This document shows, in pieces, positions 21,506-30,266 of a stretch of DNA of 64,000 nucleotides; the first letter of the stretch is position 1; each line of letters begins with the position of its first letter. The stretch covers positions 84,582-148,581 of the IMG/VR virus record IMGVR_UViG_3300032313_001465; one strand, 5' to 3'. The translations under genes and the position numbers were made by a program. The stretch is from a virus. The notes beneath the pieces were generated by a model. That model ran no database searches and was not told the origin of the DNA. It was given only the letters and a program-made list of their open reading frames with translations.

Positions 21506-22051
21506 ATGAACAAACTAAACAACTTAAACGAAATTACATCAGCTAACCAAGCTGATATCAAAATCCCAAATACTCTATCCCCAGATGTAACTAAAATGTT
21601 AATCGAAAGAATAGGAGATGAATATACTGCTCATTATTTTTATAGAAATGCATCTAACTGGTGTGATGATAAAGCATATAAAAAAGCAGCCGCATTTTTT
21701 AAAGCCGAAGCTGAAAGCGAATTAACACATGCCGAAAAATTACAAACATATTTAACAGGATGGAATATAATGCCTATCATTCCTCCAGTAAAAATGATCC
21801 CTTCATTCACTAATCTTATTGATATAGTAAACAAAGCATATGAAATGGAATACAATTTATTCTTATCATACAATTCAAATTCATCATCTGTTTTTCCTAC
21901 TGACTTAGCAACTTTTGATTTTTTACAAGAATTAAGACAAATCCAAAACCAGGCAATAGCTGAATATTCTGATTTATTAAATGCAGCTCAATTAGTTAAT
22001 GTGTCTAATAATTTTGAATTATTATACTTCGAAGGAAAATATTTTAAATAA
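21506..22051 (+). CDS. Ferritin-like protein
   Basis: IGDEYTAHYFY, AAFFKAEAESELTHAEKL, AYEME, DLATFDFLQ...Q..E ferroxidase pattern. Confidence 0.8.
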   Translation: MNKLNNLNEITSANQADIKIPNTLSPDVTKMLIERIGDEYTAHYFYRNASNWCDDKAYKKAAAFFKAEAESELTHAEKLQTYLTGWNIMPIIPPVKMIPSFTNLIDIVNKAYEMEYNLFLSYNSNSSSVFPTDLATFDFLQELRQIQNQAIAEYSDLLNAAQLVNVSNNFELLYFEGKYFK

Positions 22052-22426
22052 GTGATTAAGCTTATAGACATATTCAATCAACTTCTTCAAGAAGAAAAAG
22101 AAAAACGTGATAGATGTTTACGTATTGCTGATCGCAAATACGATAAACCATCTGCTTATAAATCAGGAGCCGTTGTAAGGTGTCGTAAAGGAGAGATTTG
22201 GAAAGACTTAAAAGAAGAAGAATCACTCCATAAATGGTTTAAACGTTCTGGTCCTAAAGGTAAAGAAGGTGGATGGGTAGATTGCAACGCACCTGATGGT
22301 AGTGGAGGATATAAAGCATGTGGTAGAAAAAAAGGTGAAAAACGTTCTAAATACCCATCTTGTCGTCCTACACCTGCACAATGTAAATCACCTGGAAAAG
22401 GTAAAAAATGGGGAAAAACAAAATGA
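22052..22426 (+). CDS. Basic Cys-rich hypothetical protein with MIKL leader
   Basis: GTG start; modules separated by LQEE and LKEEE. Confidence 0.55.
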   Translation: MIKLIDIFNQLLQEEKEKRDRCLRIADRKYDKPSAYKSGAVVRCRKGEIWKDLKEEESLHKWFKRSGPKGKEGGWVDCNAPDGSGGYKACGRKKGEKRSKYPSCRPTPAQCKSPGKGKKWGKTK

Positions 22427-23121
22427 TCAAACTATCAGATATCTTAAAAGAAATTATTGAGGGAACTTGTGGATATAATACAGATGTTAAAACAGGTAAA
22501 AAATTAGATACACCTGGTGGATTAAAAGAAGTAGATCCTAAAAAAGGAACAGGTAAAAAACCTAAGGGATCAGGTCGTCGTTTATACACAGATGAAAATC
22601 CAAAAGATACTGTATCTATTAAATTCAAAACTAAAGAAGATATAGTTGATACATTAAATAAAGATTCATTTAAAGCTAAATCCCACGCTCGCCAATCCCA
22701 AATTATTAATTTAATACACCAACGCGTTAGAGCTGCATATGGTAAAGCAAAAGATCCTGAAGTAAAATCTAGATTAAAACGCGCTCTAGACTATATTGAA
22801 TCTCGTAAAGAATCATCTAAAAAGAAAACAGAACGTTTAAATAAGCTAAAAGAAACATCAGACCCACAATCAGGTAAAGCAGCACCTTATGGTTCAGGAT
22901 ATGCTCCTGTTAAAGAATTAGTAACAGATACAGAAGTTATCTGTGATAACTGTGGATGGGAATGGGATATTGAAGATGGAGGGGAAGATTTATATATTTG
23001 TCATAAATGTGGTCATGATAATACTCCAGAACAATTAAATGAAAAATGTTGGAAAGGATATACTCAAAAAGGTATGAAAACAATGTTTGGTAAAAAATAT
23101 CCAAATTGTGTAAAAAAATAA
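22423..23121 (+). CDS. Modular hypothetical protein with MIKL leader and zinc ribbon
   Basis: Start at MIKLSDILKE (ATGA overlap); CDNC...CHKC; terminal KCWKGY...PNCVK module. Confidence 0.55.
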   Translation: MIKLSDILKEIIEGTCGYNTDVKTGKKLDTPGGLKEVDPKKGTGKKPKGSGRRLYTDENPKDTVSIKFKTKEDIVDTLNKDSFKAKSHARQSQIINLIHQRVRAAYGKAKDPEVKSRLKRALDYIESRKESSKKKTERLNKLKETSDPQSGKAAPYGSGYAPVKELVTDTEVICDNCGWEWDIEDGGEDLYICHKCGHDNTPEQLNEKCWKGYTQKGMKTMFGKKYPNCVKK

Positions 23122-23139
23122 CATATTTATAATTAAACA

Positions 23140-23457
23140 ATGGTAAAACTACTTCAATTACTAACTGAAGCTAAAGAAAGCTTTGAACAATTTGCTACAA
23201 ATCGTTTAGCAGGTGCTGAAAAAATTATAGCTAATGCCAAAGAAAAGGGTGGTGATGCTTTATTAACATACACCCACTTTAAAATAAAACCATCTTACTA
23301 TAAAAAAGCTATAGATGGGAAATTTGATAAAGAATCCGCTAAAAAAGAATTTGAGCAAACATACAAAAAAATATCATTAGATATGACTCAAACTGAATTT
23401 CAAAGAGAGGTTGGTCGTTTAGAAGTATTAGGTGAACTATTAATAAGAGAAAAATAA
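23140..23457 (+). CDS. Hypothetical protein with MVKLLQLLTE leader
   Basis: ORF; ATATTTATA at 23123. Confidence 0.55.
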   Translation: MVKLLQLLTEAKESFEQFATNRLAGAEKIIANAKEKGGDALLTYTHFKIKPSYYKKAIDGKFDKESAKKEFEQTYKKISLDMTQTEFQREVGRLEVLGELLIREK

Positions 23458-23458
23458 T

Positions 23459-23878
23459 ATGATTAAATTAACAGATATATTAAACGAAGCAGAGATAAAT
23501 AAATGTCCGTCTCCAACTCAAAGTATTGAGTTAAACCTTCAAAATAGACAGAAGGCAATTAATGAATATGGATATGGTCCCTTAAATCCTAATGAACCTA
23601 ATGAAAAGTTTTGGCAAGCTAAAGCAGATATGTGGAAACTTGATTCTGTAAAAGAGGCTAAAACATCACGTTGTGGTAATTGTGCGGCATTTGATGTTAC
23701 AGAAAAAACACTAAATTGTATAGCTAAAGGAATAGGAAACGATGAAGGATCAGAAGATCCATTTGACGTAATTAAAGCAGGACAATTAGGATATTGTAGG
23801 TTTTTAAAATTCAAATGTGCTGCTGCTCGAACTTGCGATGCTTGGGTTGTTGGTGGTCCAATTAAAGATCCAATGTAA
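23459..23878 (+). CDS. Cys-rich hypothetical protein with MIKL leader
   Basis: CGNC...GYC...C...CDAW, a possible metal-binding pattern. Confidence 0.55.
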   Translation: MIKLTDILNEAEINKCPSPTQSIELNLQNRQKAINEYGYGPLNPNEPNEKFWQAKADMWKLDSVKEAKTSRCGNCAAFDVTEKTLNCIAKGIGNDEGSEDPFDVIKAGQLGYCRFLKFKCAAARTCDAWVVGGPIKDPM

Positions 23879-24141
23879 TGAAACCATATACTGACGTTTT
23901 AACAACGGAAAATACAATTATTAGGGAGTTTGGTGATAACATAGACCCCGTTGAATTAAAATGGCATATGGACTCTTCTTCCCGCCACGTTACCATTTTA
24001 GAGGGTAAAGGATGGAAATATCAAGAAGATAATAAATTACCTTTGGAACTTAACGAAGGGGATTGTATATTTATACCAAAACAAACATTTCACCGTATTT
24101 ATAAAGGAACAACCCCATTAAAAATAAAAATTAAACAATGA
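23878..24141 (+). CDS. Cupin-fold protein
   Basis: WHMD...LEGKGW...GDCIFIPKQTFHRI. Confidence 0.65.
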   Translation: MKPYTDVLTTENTIIREFGDNIDPVELKWHMDSSSRHVTILEGKGWKYQEDNKLPLELNEGDCIFIPKQTFHRIYKGTTPLKIKIKQ

Positions 24142-24428
24142 AAAAACCAGAATTAAAGCAAATTATTAAAGAAGAAATACAAAAGATATTAAGTGAACAG
24201 CAAAAACGTATGCAAAAGCTTGCAGGTATTAACGAAGATAACACATTTAGTGACAATTACACAGTTAGTAATGAACAATATAAATTGATGGATAGTTATG
24301 TAAATCAACGTGCACTCCGTGATTTTCTAAATGCCGCTGAAAACATGATGGAAGATTTTCATGAAGCAGGATTTCCGGCAAGAGATGCATTTTATTGGTT
24401 TTATACTAAGCTAACTGCAAATATTTAG
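24138..24428 (+). CDS. Hypothetical protein with a double leader (MKKPELKQIIKEE + RMQKLAGINE)
   Basis: Both leader types in tandem. Confidence 0.6.
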   Translation: MKKPELKQIIKEEIQKILSEQQKRMQKLAGINEDNTFSDNYTVSNEQYKLMDSYVNQRALRDFLNAAENMMEDFHEAGFPARDAFYWFYTKLTANI

Positions 24429-24463
24429 GTAGATTATATAACAGATAAAATAAGAAATGCATA

Positions 24464-24745
24464 ATGGCAAAATTAAACAAACAATTCCGACGTATGCAAA
24501 AGCTTGCAGGAATTCTTAACGAAAACGAGGAAATAGATAATTTTATTGATGTATTAACAGATATGGCTATTAAAGCTAACATCATTAAAGACAAAGATAT
24601 AAATAAAGACGAAGTAATAGATGCATTATATGATACATGGGAAGATATGGGATTTGATGATTATGAAGAAACAGGACAGGGGATTAGTACATCAGATTAT
24701 AATAGATCTTTAGAAATATTTACCAATTATATTAAAGATAAATAA
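24464..24745 (+). CDS. Acidic hypothetical protein with RMQKLAGILNE leader
   Basis: Leader shared with 62528 and 63493. Confidence 0.6.
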   Translation: MAKLNKQFRRMQKLAGILNENEEIDNFIDVLTDMAIKANIIKDKDINKDEVIDALYDTWEDMGFDDYEETGQGISTSDYNRSLEIFTNYIKDK

Positions 24746-24756
24746 TAAAACATTTA

Positions 24757-24838
24757 AACCGATTTCATAGCCGGTTGCTCTAACAAGAGATAAAAATATG
24801 GAAGCTGTGGCTCCGATCGAAAGATTGGCGCCACTTTT
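24757..24838 (+). ncRNA. Candidate structured RNA ending in a terminator-like hairpin
   Basis: GC-rich island with three hairpins; the last (gtggc-tccgatc-gaaa-gattgg-c-gccac) is followed by tttt. Confidence 0.35.
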
Positions 24839-24840
24839 AC

Positions 24841-24870
24841 TTGGAAATTTAAACAAAATTTATTACATTA
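24841..24870 (+). promoter_or_regulatory. Bacteroidota-type promoter TTG-N20-TACATT(A)
   Basis: Same architecture as 8182 and 26521. Confidence 0.55.
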
Positions 24871-24895
24871 AAATATAAGTTAAAATAAAGAAATA

Positions 24896-26239
24896 ATGAA
24901 AAGAGACAAAATTGTAATTGTAGGTGGAGGAGTTGCAGGTATTAGTGCTGCTACTAAACTTGTAGATAATGGTTATCCTGGAGAACTTATCACAATAATT
25001 GATATGGGTAAGGATCCATATAAAAGATTACCTGAAGAAGTAATGACAGGTTTCCTAGGTGCTGGAGGTTGGAGTGATGGTAAATTGACTTACCACACAG
25101 CAATTGGAGGTCAATTATCAAAATATACAGGCGAGGATAAAGCAATGGAATTAATGGATCAAGTGATTACCAATTTTAAACGTTTTCATCCTAAACCTGA
25201 AGAAGTACAATGTTCAAATCCTGTTGAGGAACCTGAATTTATAAAACCATATTTTGGTTTACGATTGTTCCCTGTATGGCACGTTGGCACAGATTATCTA
25301 TCTGAAATTGCTAAAAATTGGTACGATTATTTAGTAGAGAAAGGTGTACAATTTCACTGGGAAACTAAGGTAAATTATATTGATTTTAATGATAATTATG
25401 TTGTTGGAGAAGTTCAAGAAAAAAATATAGATTGGCATTATGATGAACTTATTTTTGCTGTAGGTAAATCAGGTATTGATTTTGCTCAAGAATTAGCTAA
25501 TCAATATCAACTACCAGACGAACCTAAATCAGTACAAATTGGTGTTCGATTTGAAGCACCACAACACCATTTCCAAAAACTAATCGATATTTCATATGAT
25601 TTTAAACTTTATAGAAAATTTGAAGATAAAGGCGTTTCGCTTCGCTCTTTTTGTACAAACAACAATGCTGCTTATGTTGCTGTAGAAGAAACATATGGAG
25701 ACCATTCATATAATGGACATGCTAAGAAAGACGAAGCATATAGAAACAATATGACTAACTTTGGTATTTTGATGGAAATTAAAGGTATTGAAGACCCATT
25801 TACTTGGTCACGTGAGGTAGTAAATAAATTACAATCAAACAACACAGGTTTATATTACAGCCCGTCTCGTACTCCTTCAATTACATCTGAAGGCAATAAT
25901 GTAAGCGTAACTCAAATTAGTACTGAGGAATATTATGAGATGAAGAAAAATTTTGGAAAATATTTCAAATATGTTGAAGATTTTATAGTAGATATGAAAA
26001 AAGTATTCCCAACATTAGGTGATGATTGGGGTATTTATATTCCTGAGGTAAAATATTTATCACCTGAAGTAAAAGTAGATTACTCTAGTTTATCTCTAAT
26101 AGATTACCCAAATGTACACTTTGTTGGAGATGCTTTATCAGCTCGTGGTATAACAGTAGCAGGTTCTCAAGGTGTTTACGTAGCAGAACATATCCTTCAA
26201 AATACAGATTTCCCTGATTTTATAGAAAATTTTAATTAA
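24896..26239 (+). CDS. FAD-dependent oxidoreductase
   Basis: IVGGGVAG Rossmann motif; GAGGWSDGKL; FCTNN; VGDA...RGI. Confidence 0.8.
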   Translation: MKRDKIVIVGGGVAGISAATKLVDNGYPGELITIIDMGKDPYKRLPEEVMTGFLGAGGWSDGKLTYHTAIGGQLSKYTGEDKAMELMDQVITNFKRFHPKPEEVQCSNPVEEPEFIKPYFGLRLFPVWHVGTDYLSEIAKNWYDYLVEKGVQFHWETKVNYIDFNDNYVVGEVQEKNIDWHYDELIFAVGKSGIDFAQELANQYQLPDEPKSVQIGVRFEAPQHHFQKLIDISYDFKLYRKFEDKGVSLRSFCTNNNAAYVAVEETYGDHSYNGHAKKDEAYRNNMTNFGILMEIKGIEDPFTWSREVVNKLQSNNTGLYYSPSRTPSITSEGNNVSVTQISTEEYYEMKKNFGKYFKYVEDFIVDMKKVFPTLGDDWGIYIPEVKYLSPEVKVDYSSLSLIDYPNVHFVGDALSARGITVAGSQGVYVAEHILQNTDFPDFIENFN

Positions 26240-26244
26240 AATAT

Positions 26245-26520
26245 ATGTCTAAAAAAGAAAAATACTTCGAAACCAAAACCATGAAGATAGGAGGAGCACT
26301 CCATCATTTCTTTAGAACTGAGGAATCACCAAATTGGAAATACCATAATTTCTCAGGTCCTGCTATTGAACCTGTAGAAAGTGGAAGTACATTTAAGAAA
26401 TCATATTACTTATATGGTATTCAATATACATCTGAACAATTTAAAGAAGCAGTTAGAGATAGAGAAGGTCTTCCATTCCACAAAACGGCAGCATTTAAAC
26501 AAGGATCTAACAGAACTTAG
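26245..26520 (+). CDS. Hypothetical protein
   Basis: ORF; HNFSGPAIE...YYLYG motif. Confidence 0.55.
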   Translation: MSKKEKYFETKTMKIGGALHHFFRTEESPNWKYHNFSGPAIEPVESGSTFKKSYYLYGIQYTSEQFKEAVRDREGLPFHKTAAFKQGSNRT

Positions 26521-26550
26521 TTGGGAGTATAAATAAAATTTATTATCTTA
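26521..26550 (+). promoter_or_regulatory. Bacteroidota-type promoter TTG-N20-TATCTT(A)
   Basis: Same architecture as 8182 and 24841. Confidence 0.55.
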
Positions 26551-26564
26551 TAAAAAAATAAGTT

Positions 26565-27095
26565 ATGAAAATAGGATTTGTAGGAAGCATCAGTGTTGGG
26601 AAAACCACTTTAGTAAATGAATTAGCTAAATTAGAGCAATTTAAAGAATATTATATAGCAACTGAACGTTCTAAATATTTGAGAGATTTAGGCATTCCAT
26701 TAAATACAGACTCTACTTTATTAGGTCAAACTATATTCTTATCAGAACGTTGTTCTGAATTATTAAGGGATAAGGTATTAACAGATAGAAGTATAATTGA
26801 TGTAATGGCATTTACTTCTTTATCTAAATCAATGTCAAGAATAGAAATATTATCATTTTGTGATTATGCATCAAATTTTATATCTTTATACGATCATATA
26901 TTTTATGTGTCTCCGGAAGGTGTAAAGTTAGAGGACAATGGAGTGAGAGCGGTTGATGCAGAATATAGAGATCAAATTGATGAAGAAATTAAATATTTAT
27001 TAGGAATTTACAAATCTAAAATTAAAAACTTTCACGTAATATCAGGTACTGTTGAAGAACGTATAAAACAAGTTAAACAAGCACTTTCTTTATAA
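26565..27095 (+). CDS. NadR/Ttd14-like P-loop nucleotide kinase (AAA_28)
   Basis: GSISVGKTT, TDRSIID, EDNGVR, ISGTVEER. Confidence 0.75.
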   Translation: MKIGFVGSISVGKTTLVNELAKLEQFKEYYIATERSKYLRDLGIPLNTDSTLLGQTIFLSERCSELLRDKVLTDRSIIDVMAFTSLSKSMSRIEILSFCDYASNFISLYDHIFYVSPEGVKLEDNGVRAVDAEYRDQIDEEIKYLLGIYKSKIKNFHVISGTVEERIKQVKQALSL

Positions 27096-27116
27096 TATTT
27101 ATCATAAAAACATATA

Positions 27117-28016
27117 ATGAAGAAATCTGATCTTAAAAAACATATTAAAGAAGAAATACTTTCGATCCTAAAAGAAGCATCAACAGCATTAGTAACTACT
27201 AAAGGAGGAACAAAACCTGTATCATTCTCATCCCCTTCAGAATTAAGCGCTCTTAAAACGGATGCTAACGTATCATCAATCACAACAACAGCAGGGCAAA
27301 AGATTAAAGAAACTAAAAAAGAAATGAAAGAAGATAAATTCGATGATAAAATAACAAATCTTGAAAAATATACTTATACTGTAAATGGGAAAAAAGTAAC
27401 TCCGGAAATTGGTTATTTTGATCATTCATTAAAAGCTATGATATCCACTCCAAGAAGTGGTGATGAGTATTTTGATTATGAATTTTATAGAATTGGCGAA
27501 CCTGATGAAAGTGGTAATATTGAATTATCTCCTGAAAAAGGTAAAAAAGGAATGTATACTGAAGAAATGGATACTTCAGGATTTAAATCTGGTAGAGAAT
27601 TTATTAATATAAAATTACAAAAATATCCTAAAGCTGTAGCTAAAATTAATCAATTAATTAATATGATTGGTGAAGATAAATTCACAATGGAAATGGCTAA
27701 ATGGTTGTTTGATTTCTTTAATAATGCTTCATACGAAAGTCCAGTTAACGAAGCAAAAATTGAATCTGATTTTTTTGAACGAGAACCTAAATCTAAAGAT
27801 ATTGAGAAAGGAGAAGGCATAATAGCTAAAACTACAAAGCTTTTAAAATTTCAAAAAGAATTAAAAACATTATCTAAAGATATGCAAGATTTAGCTGCTG
27901 AATATAGAGAAGCTGAAGGATCTGATAAAGATGAAATTTTACGAACATTAAAAGTTAAAACTGCTGCTAAAAAGGAATTAGAGAAAAAAATAGAACAACT
28001 TGAAAGATATGTATAG
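27117..28016 (+). CDS. Modular hypothetical protein with MKKSDLKKHIKEE leader
   Basis: Leader; internal LKE/IKE/MKE/VNE sites; coiled-coil tail. Confidence 0.55.
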   Translation: MKKSDLKKHIKEEILSILKEASTALVTTKGGTKPVSFSSPSELSALKTDANVSSITTTAGQKIKETKKEMKEDKFDDKITNLEKYTYTVNGKKVTPEIGYFDHSLKAMISTPRSGDEYFDYEFYRIGEPDESGNIELSPEKGKKGMYTEEMDTSGFKSGREFINIKLQKYPKAVAKINQLINMIGEDKFTMEMAKWLFDFFNNASYESPVNEAKIESDFFEREPKSKDIEKGEGIIAKTTKLLKFQKELKTLSKDMQDLAAEYREAEGSDKDEILRTLKVKTAAKKELEKKIEQLERYV

Positions 28017-28671
28017 TATAGTATTAGGTGTATTAAAAAATATTTTAGTATTTCTAAAAAAATTAGATTTTAAATCTTTATTAATCATAGCACTAATCTT
28101 AATAATTTTATTTATTAAAGGATGTGGAGGTAATCACCCACCAACACCTACAAAAATTATTAAAATTGATGGAAAAAAATATAGCGTACTTAAACATACT
28201 ATTGATACTACATATATTCCAAAAAATACAGTTATATATCGTAAAGGTAAAGACATTGTTATTGAAAAAGAAATCCCAATCTATATTCCTCTAAACATAG
28301 ATACTTCAGCAATAATTAAAGATTATTATACAAGTAGATTATATAAAGATACACTTACATTAGATTCATTGTCGTTTGTTGTTATTAATGATACTATAGC
28401 AAAAAATAGAATAGAATCGAGAAAATTCACTTCACATATAGTATATCCTATTATTAAGGAAACTACAATAGTAAAAGAATTACCAAAAAATCAATTCTTC
28501 TTAGGCGCAACTCTTGGATTTGATAAAACAAACATAGTAAATTTCGCAGGTCCTTCATTTATATTTAAAAGTAAAAAAGATTATTTATACTCTTTTGGAA
28601 TAGGTTATAGTAATGCTAAAACCGTTAGTATACAGGGAGGAATGCTTTTTAAAATTAAATTAAAGAAATAA
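28009..28671 (+). CDS. Membrane-anchored or lipoprotein-like protein (possible lysis accessory)
   Basis: Hydrophobic stretch ending IKGC; C-terminal amphipathic beta strands. The start could be TTG 28000. Confidence 0.4.
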   Translation: MYSIVLGVLKNILVFLKKLDFKSLLIIALILIILFIKGCGGNHPPTPTKIIKIDGKKYSVLKHTIDTTYIPKNTVIYRKGKDIVIEKEIPIYIPLNIDTSAIIKDYYTSRLYKDTLTLDSLSFVVINDTIAKNRIESRKFTSHIVYPIIKETTIVKELPKNQFFLGATLGFDKTNIVNFAGPSFIFKSKKDYLYSFGIGYSNAKTVSIQGGMLFKIKLKK

Positions 28672-28674
28672 GTT

Positions 28675-30255
28675 TTGGAATCTCAAATAAAAGACATAAT
28701 GAGACAGGAATATATAAAATGTCTCCAAGATCCTGCCCATTTCATGAAAAAATATTGTTACATTAGTCATCCTCAAAGAGGAAGAATTATGTTTCACTTA
28801 TATCCATTTCAAGAAAAGGTATTAGGTTTATTTCAAAAAAATCCATACTCCATAATACTTAAATCTCGTCAGTTAGGTATATCTACATTAGCTGGTGGGT
28901 ATGCTTTATGGTTAATGTTATTCCATAAAGACAAGAATATTTTATGTATTGCAACTAAACAGGATACAGCTAAAAATATGGTTACTAAGGTAAAATTTAT
29001 GTACGATAATTTACCTTCATGGTTAAAAGAAAAAGGTAAACCCTTAGAAGACAATAAACTAACTCTCAAACTAAATAACGGCTCTCAAATTAAAGCAACG
29101 TCTGCCTCGAGTGATGCAGGTAGATCAGAAGCTGTGTCCTTACTATTAGTAGATGAGGCCGCTTTTATTGAGAATATAGGAGAGATTTGGGCATCCGCTC
29201 AACAAACATTAGCAACAGGAGGAGGAGCAATTGTTCTTAGTACTCCATATGGAACTGGAAACTGGTTCCATCAAACTTGGGTTAAAGCAGAATCATCTGA
29301 AAATGATTTCTTACCTATCAGACTTCCATGGTATGTTCATCCTGAAAGAGATCAAACATGGAGAGATAAACAAAATGACTTATTAGGAGATCCAAGATTA
29401 GCAGCCCAAGAGTGTGATTGCGACTTTTCAAATTCAGGAGATACTGTATTACATCCTGAATATATAAAATACTATGAAGAAACTTATATTAAGGAACCGT
29501 TGGAGAGGCGAGGAGTTGATCGTAACTTATGGGTATGGGAATCTCCAGATTATACTCGTCAGTATTTATTAGTAGCGGATGTAGCTCGAGGTGATGGAAA
29601 AGATTTCTCAGCATTTCACGTTATTGATGTAGAAACTAATACACAAGTAGCTGAATATAAAGGGCAAATTGGAACTAGAGAGTTTGGGTATTTATTAGTG
29701 GGAGTAGCTACTGAATATAATAATGCTTTATTAGTAGTAGAAAATGCAAATATAGGATGGAGTACATTACAAACCATTCAAGAAAGAAACTATGCTAATC
29801 TATATTATTCTCCAAAAAATGGAGAAATTACCGCAGATTCGTATTTTGATCAATTTATGGATTCAAGTAAAACAGTAGCTGGATTTACAATGTCTTTAAG
29901 AACAAGACCTATGGTAATAGGTAAATTCCAAGAATATGTTGGTGATAGATCAGTAGTTATTCAATCTAAAAGATTATTAGAAGAAATGAAAGTATTTGTT
30001 TGGAAAAATGGTAGAGCTGAAGCTCAACAAGGATATAATGATGATTTAATTACATCATTTTCTATTGCTATGTTTTTAAGAGATACAGCATTTAAGTTTA
30101 AACAACAAGGTCTAGATTTAACTAGAACCGCATTAAATAATTTTTCAACCGGAAAAAGTCAATACCAAGGAGCATATTTCGCAAGAGGAACAGATAACCC
30201 ATATTCTATGAATATAAAGGGCCAAAGCGAAGATTTAACATGGTTAACAAGATAA
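28675..30255 (+). CDS. terL: Terminase large subunit (T4 gp17-like)
   Basis: LYPFQ, KSRQLGIST, LLLVDEAAF, STPYG, ADVARG nuclease motif, NDDL. Confidence 0.95.
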   Translation: MESQIKDIMRQEYIKCLQDPAHFMKKYCYISHPQRGRIMFHLYPFQEKVLGLFQKNPYSIILKSRQLGISTLAGGYALWLMLFHKDKNILCIATKQDTAKNMVTKVKFMYDNLPSWLKEKGKPLEDNKLTLKLNNGSQIKATSASSDAGRSEAVSLLLVDEAAFIENIGEIWASAQQTLATGGGAIVLSTPYGTGNWFHQTWVKAESSENDFLPIRLPWYVHPERDQTWRDKQNDLLGDPRLAAQECDCDFSNSGDTVLHPEYIKYYEETYIKEPLERRGVDRNLWVWESPDYTRQYLLVADVARGDGKDFSAFHVIDVETNTQVAEYKGQIGTREFGYLLVGVATEYNNALLVVENANIGWSTLQTIQERNYANLYYSPKNGEITADSYFDQFMDSSKTVAGFTMSLRTRPMVIGKFQEYVGDRSVVIQSKRLLEEMKVFVWKNGRAEAQQGYNDDLITSFSIAMFLRDTAFKFKQQGLDLTRTALNNFSTGKSQYQGAYFARGTDNPYSMNIKGQSEDLTWLTR

Positions 30256-30266
30256 AATAAACAAAA

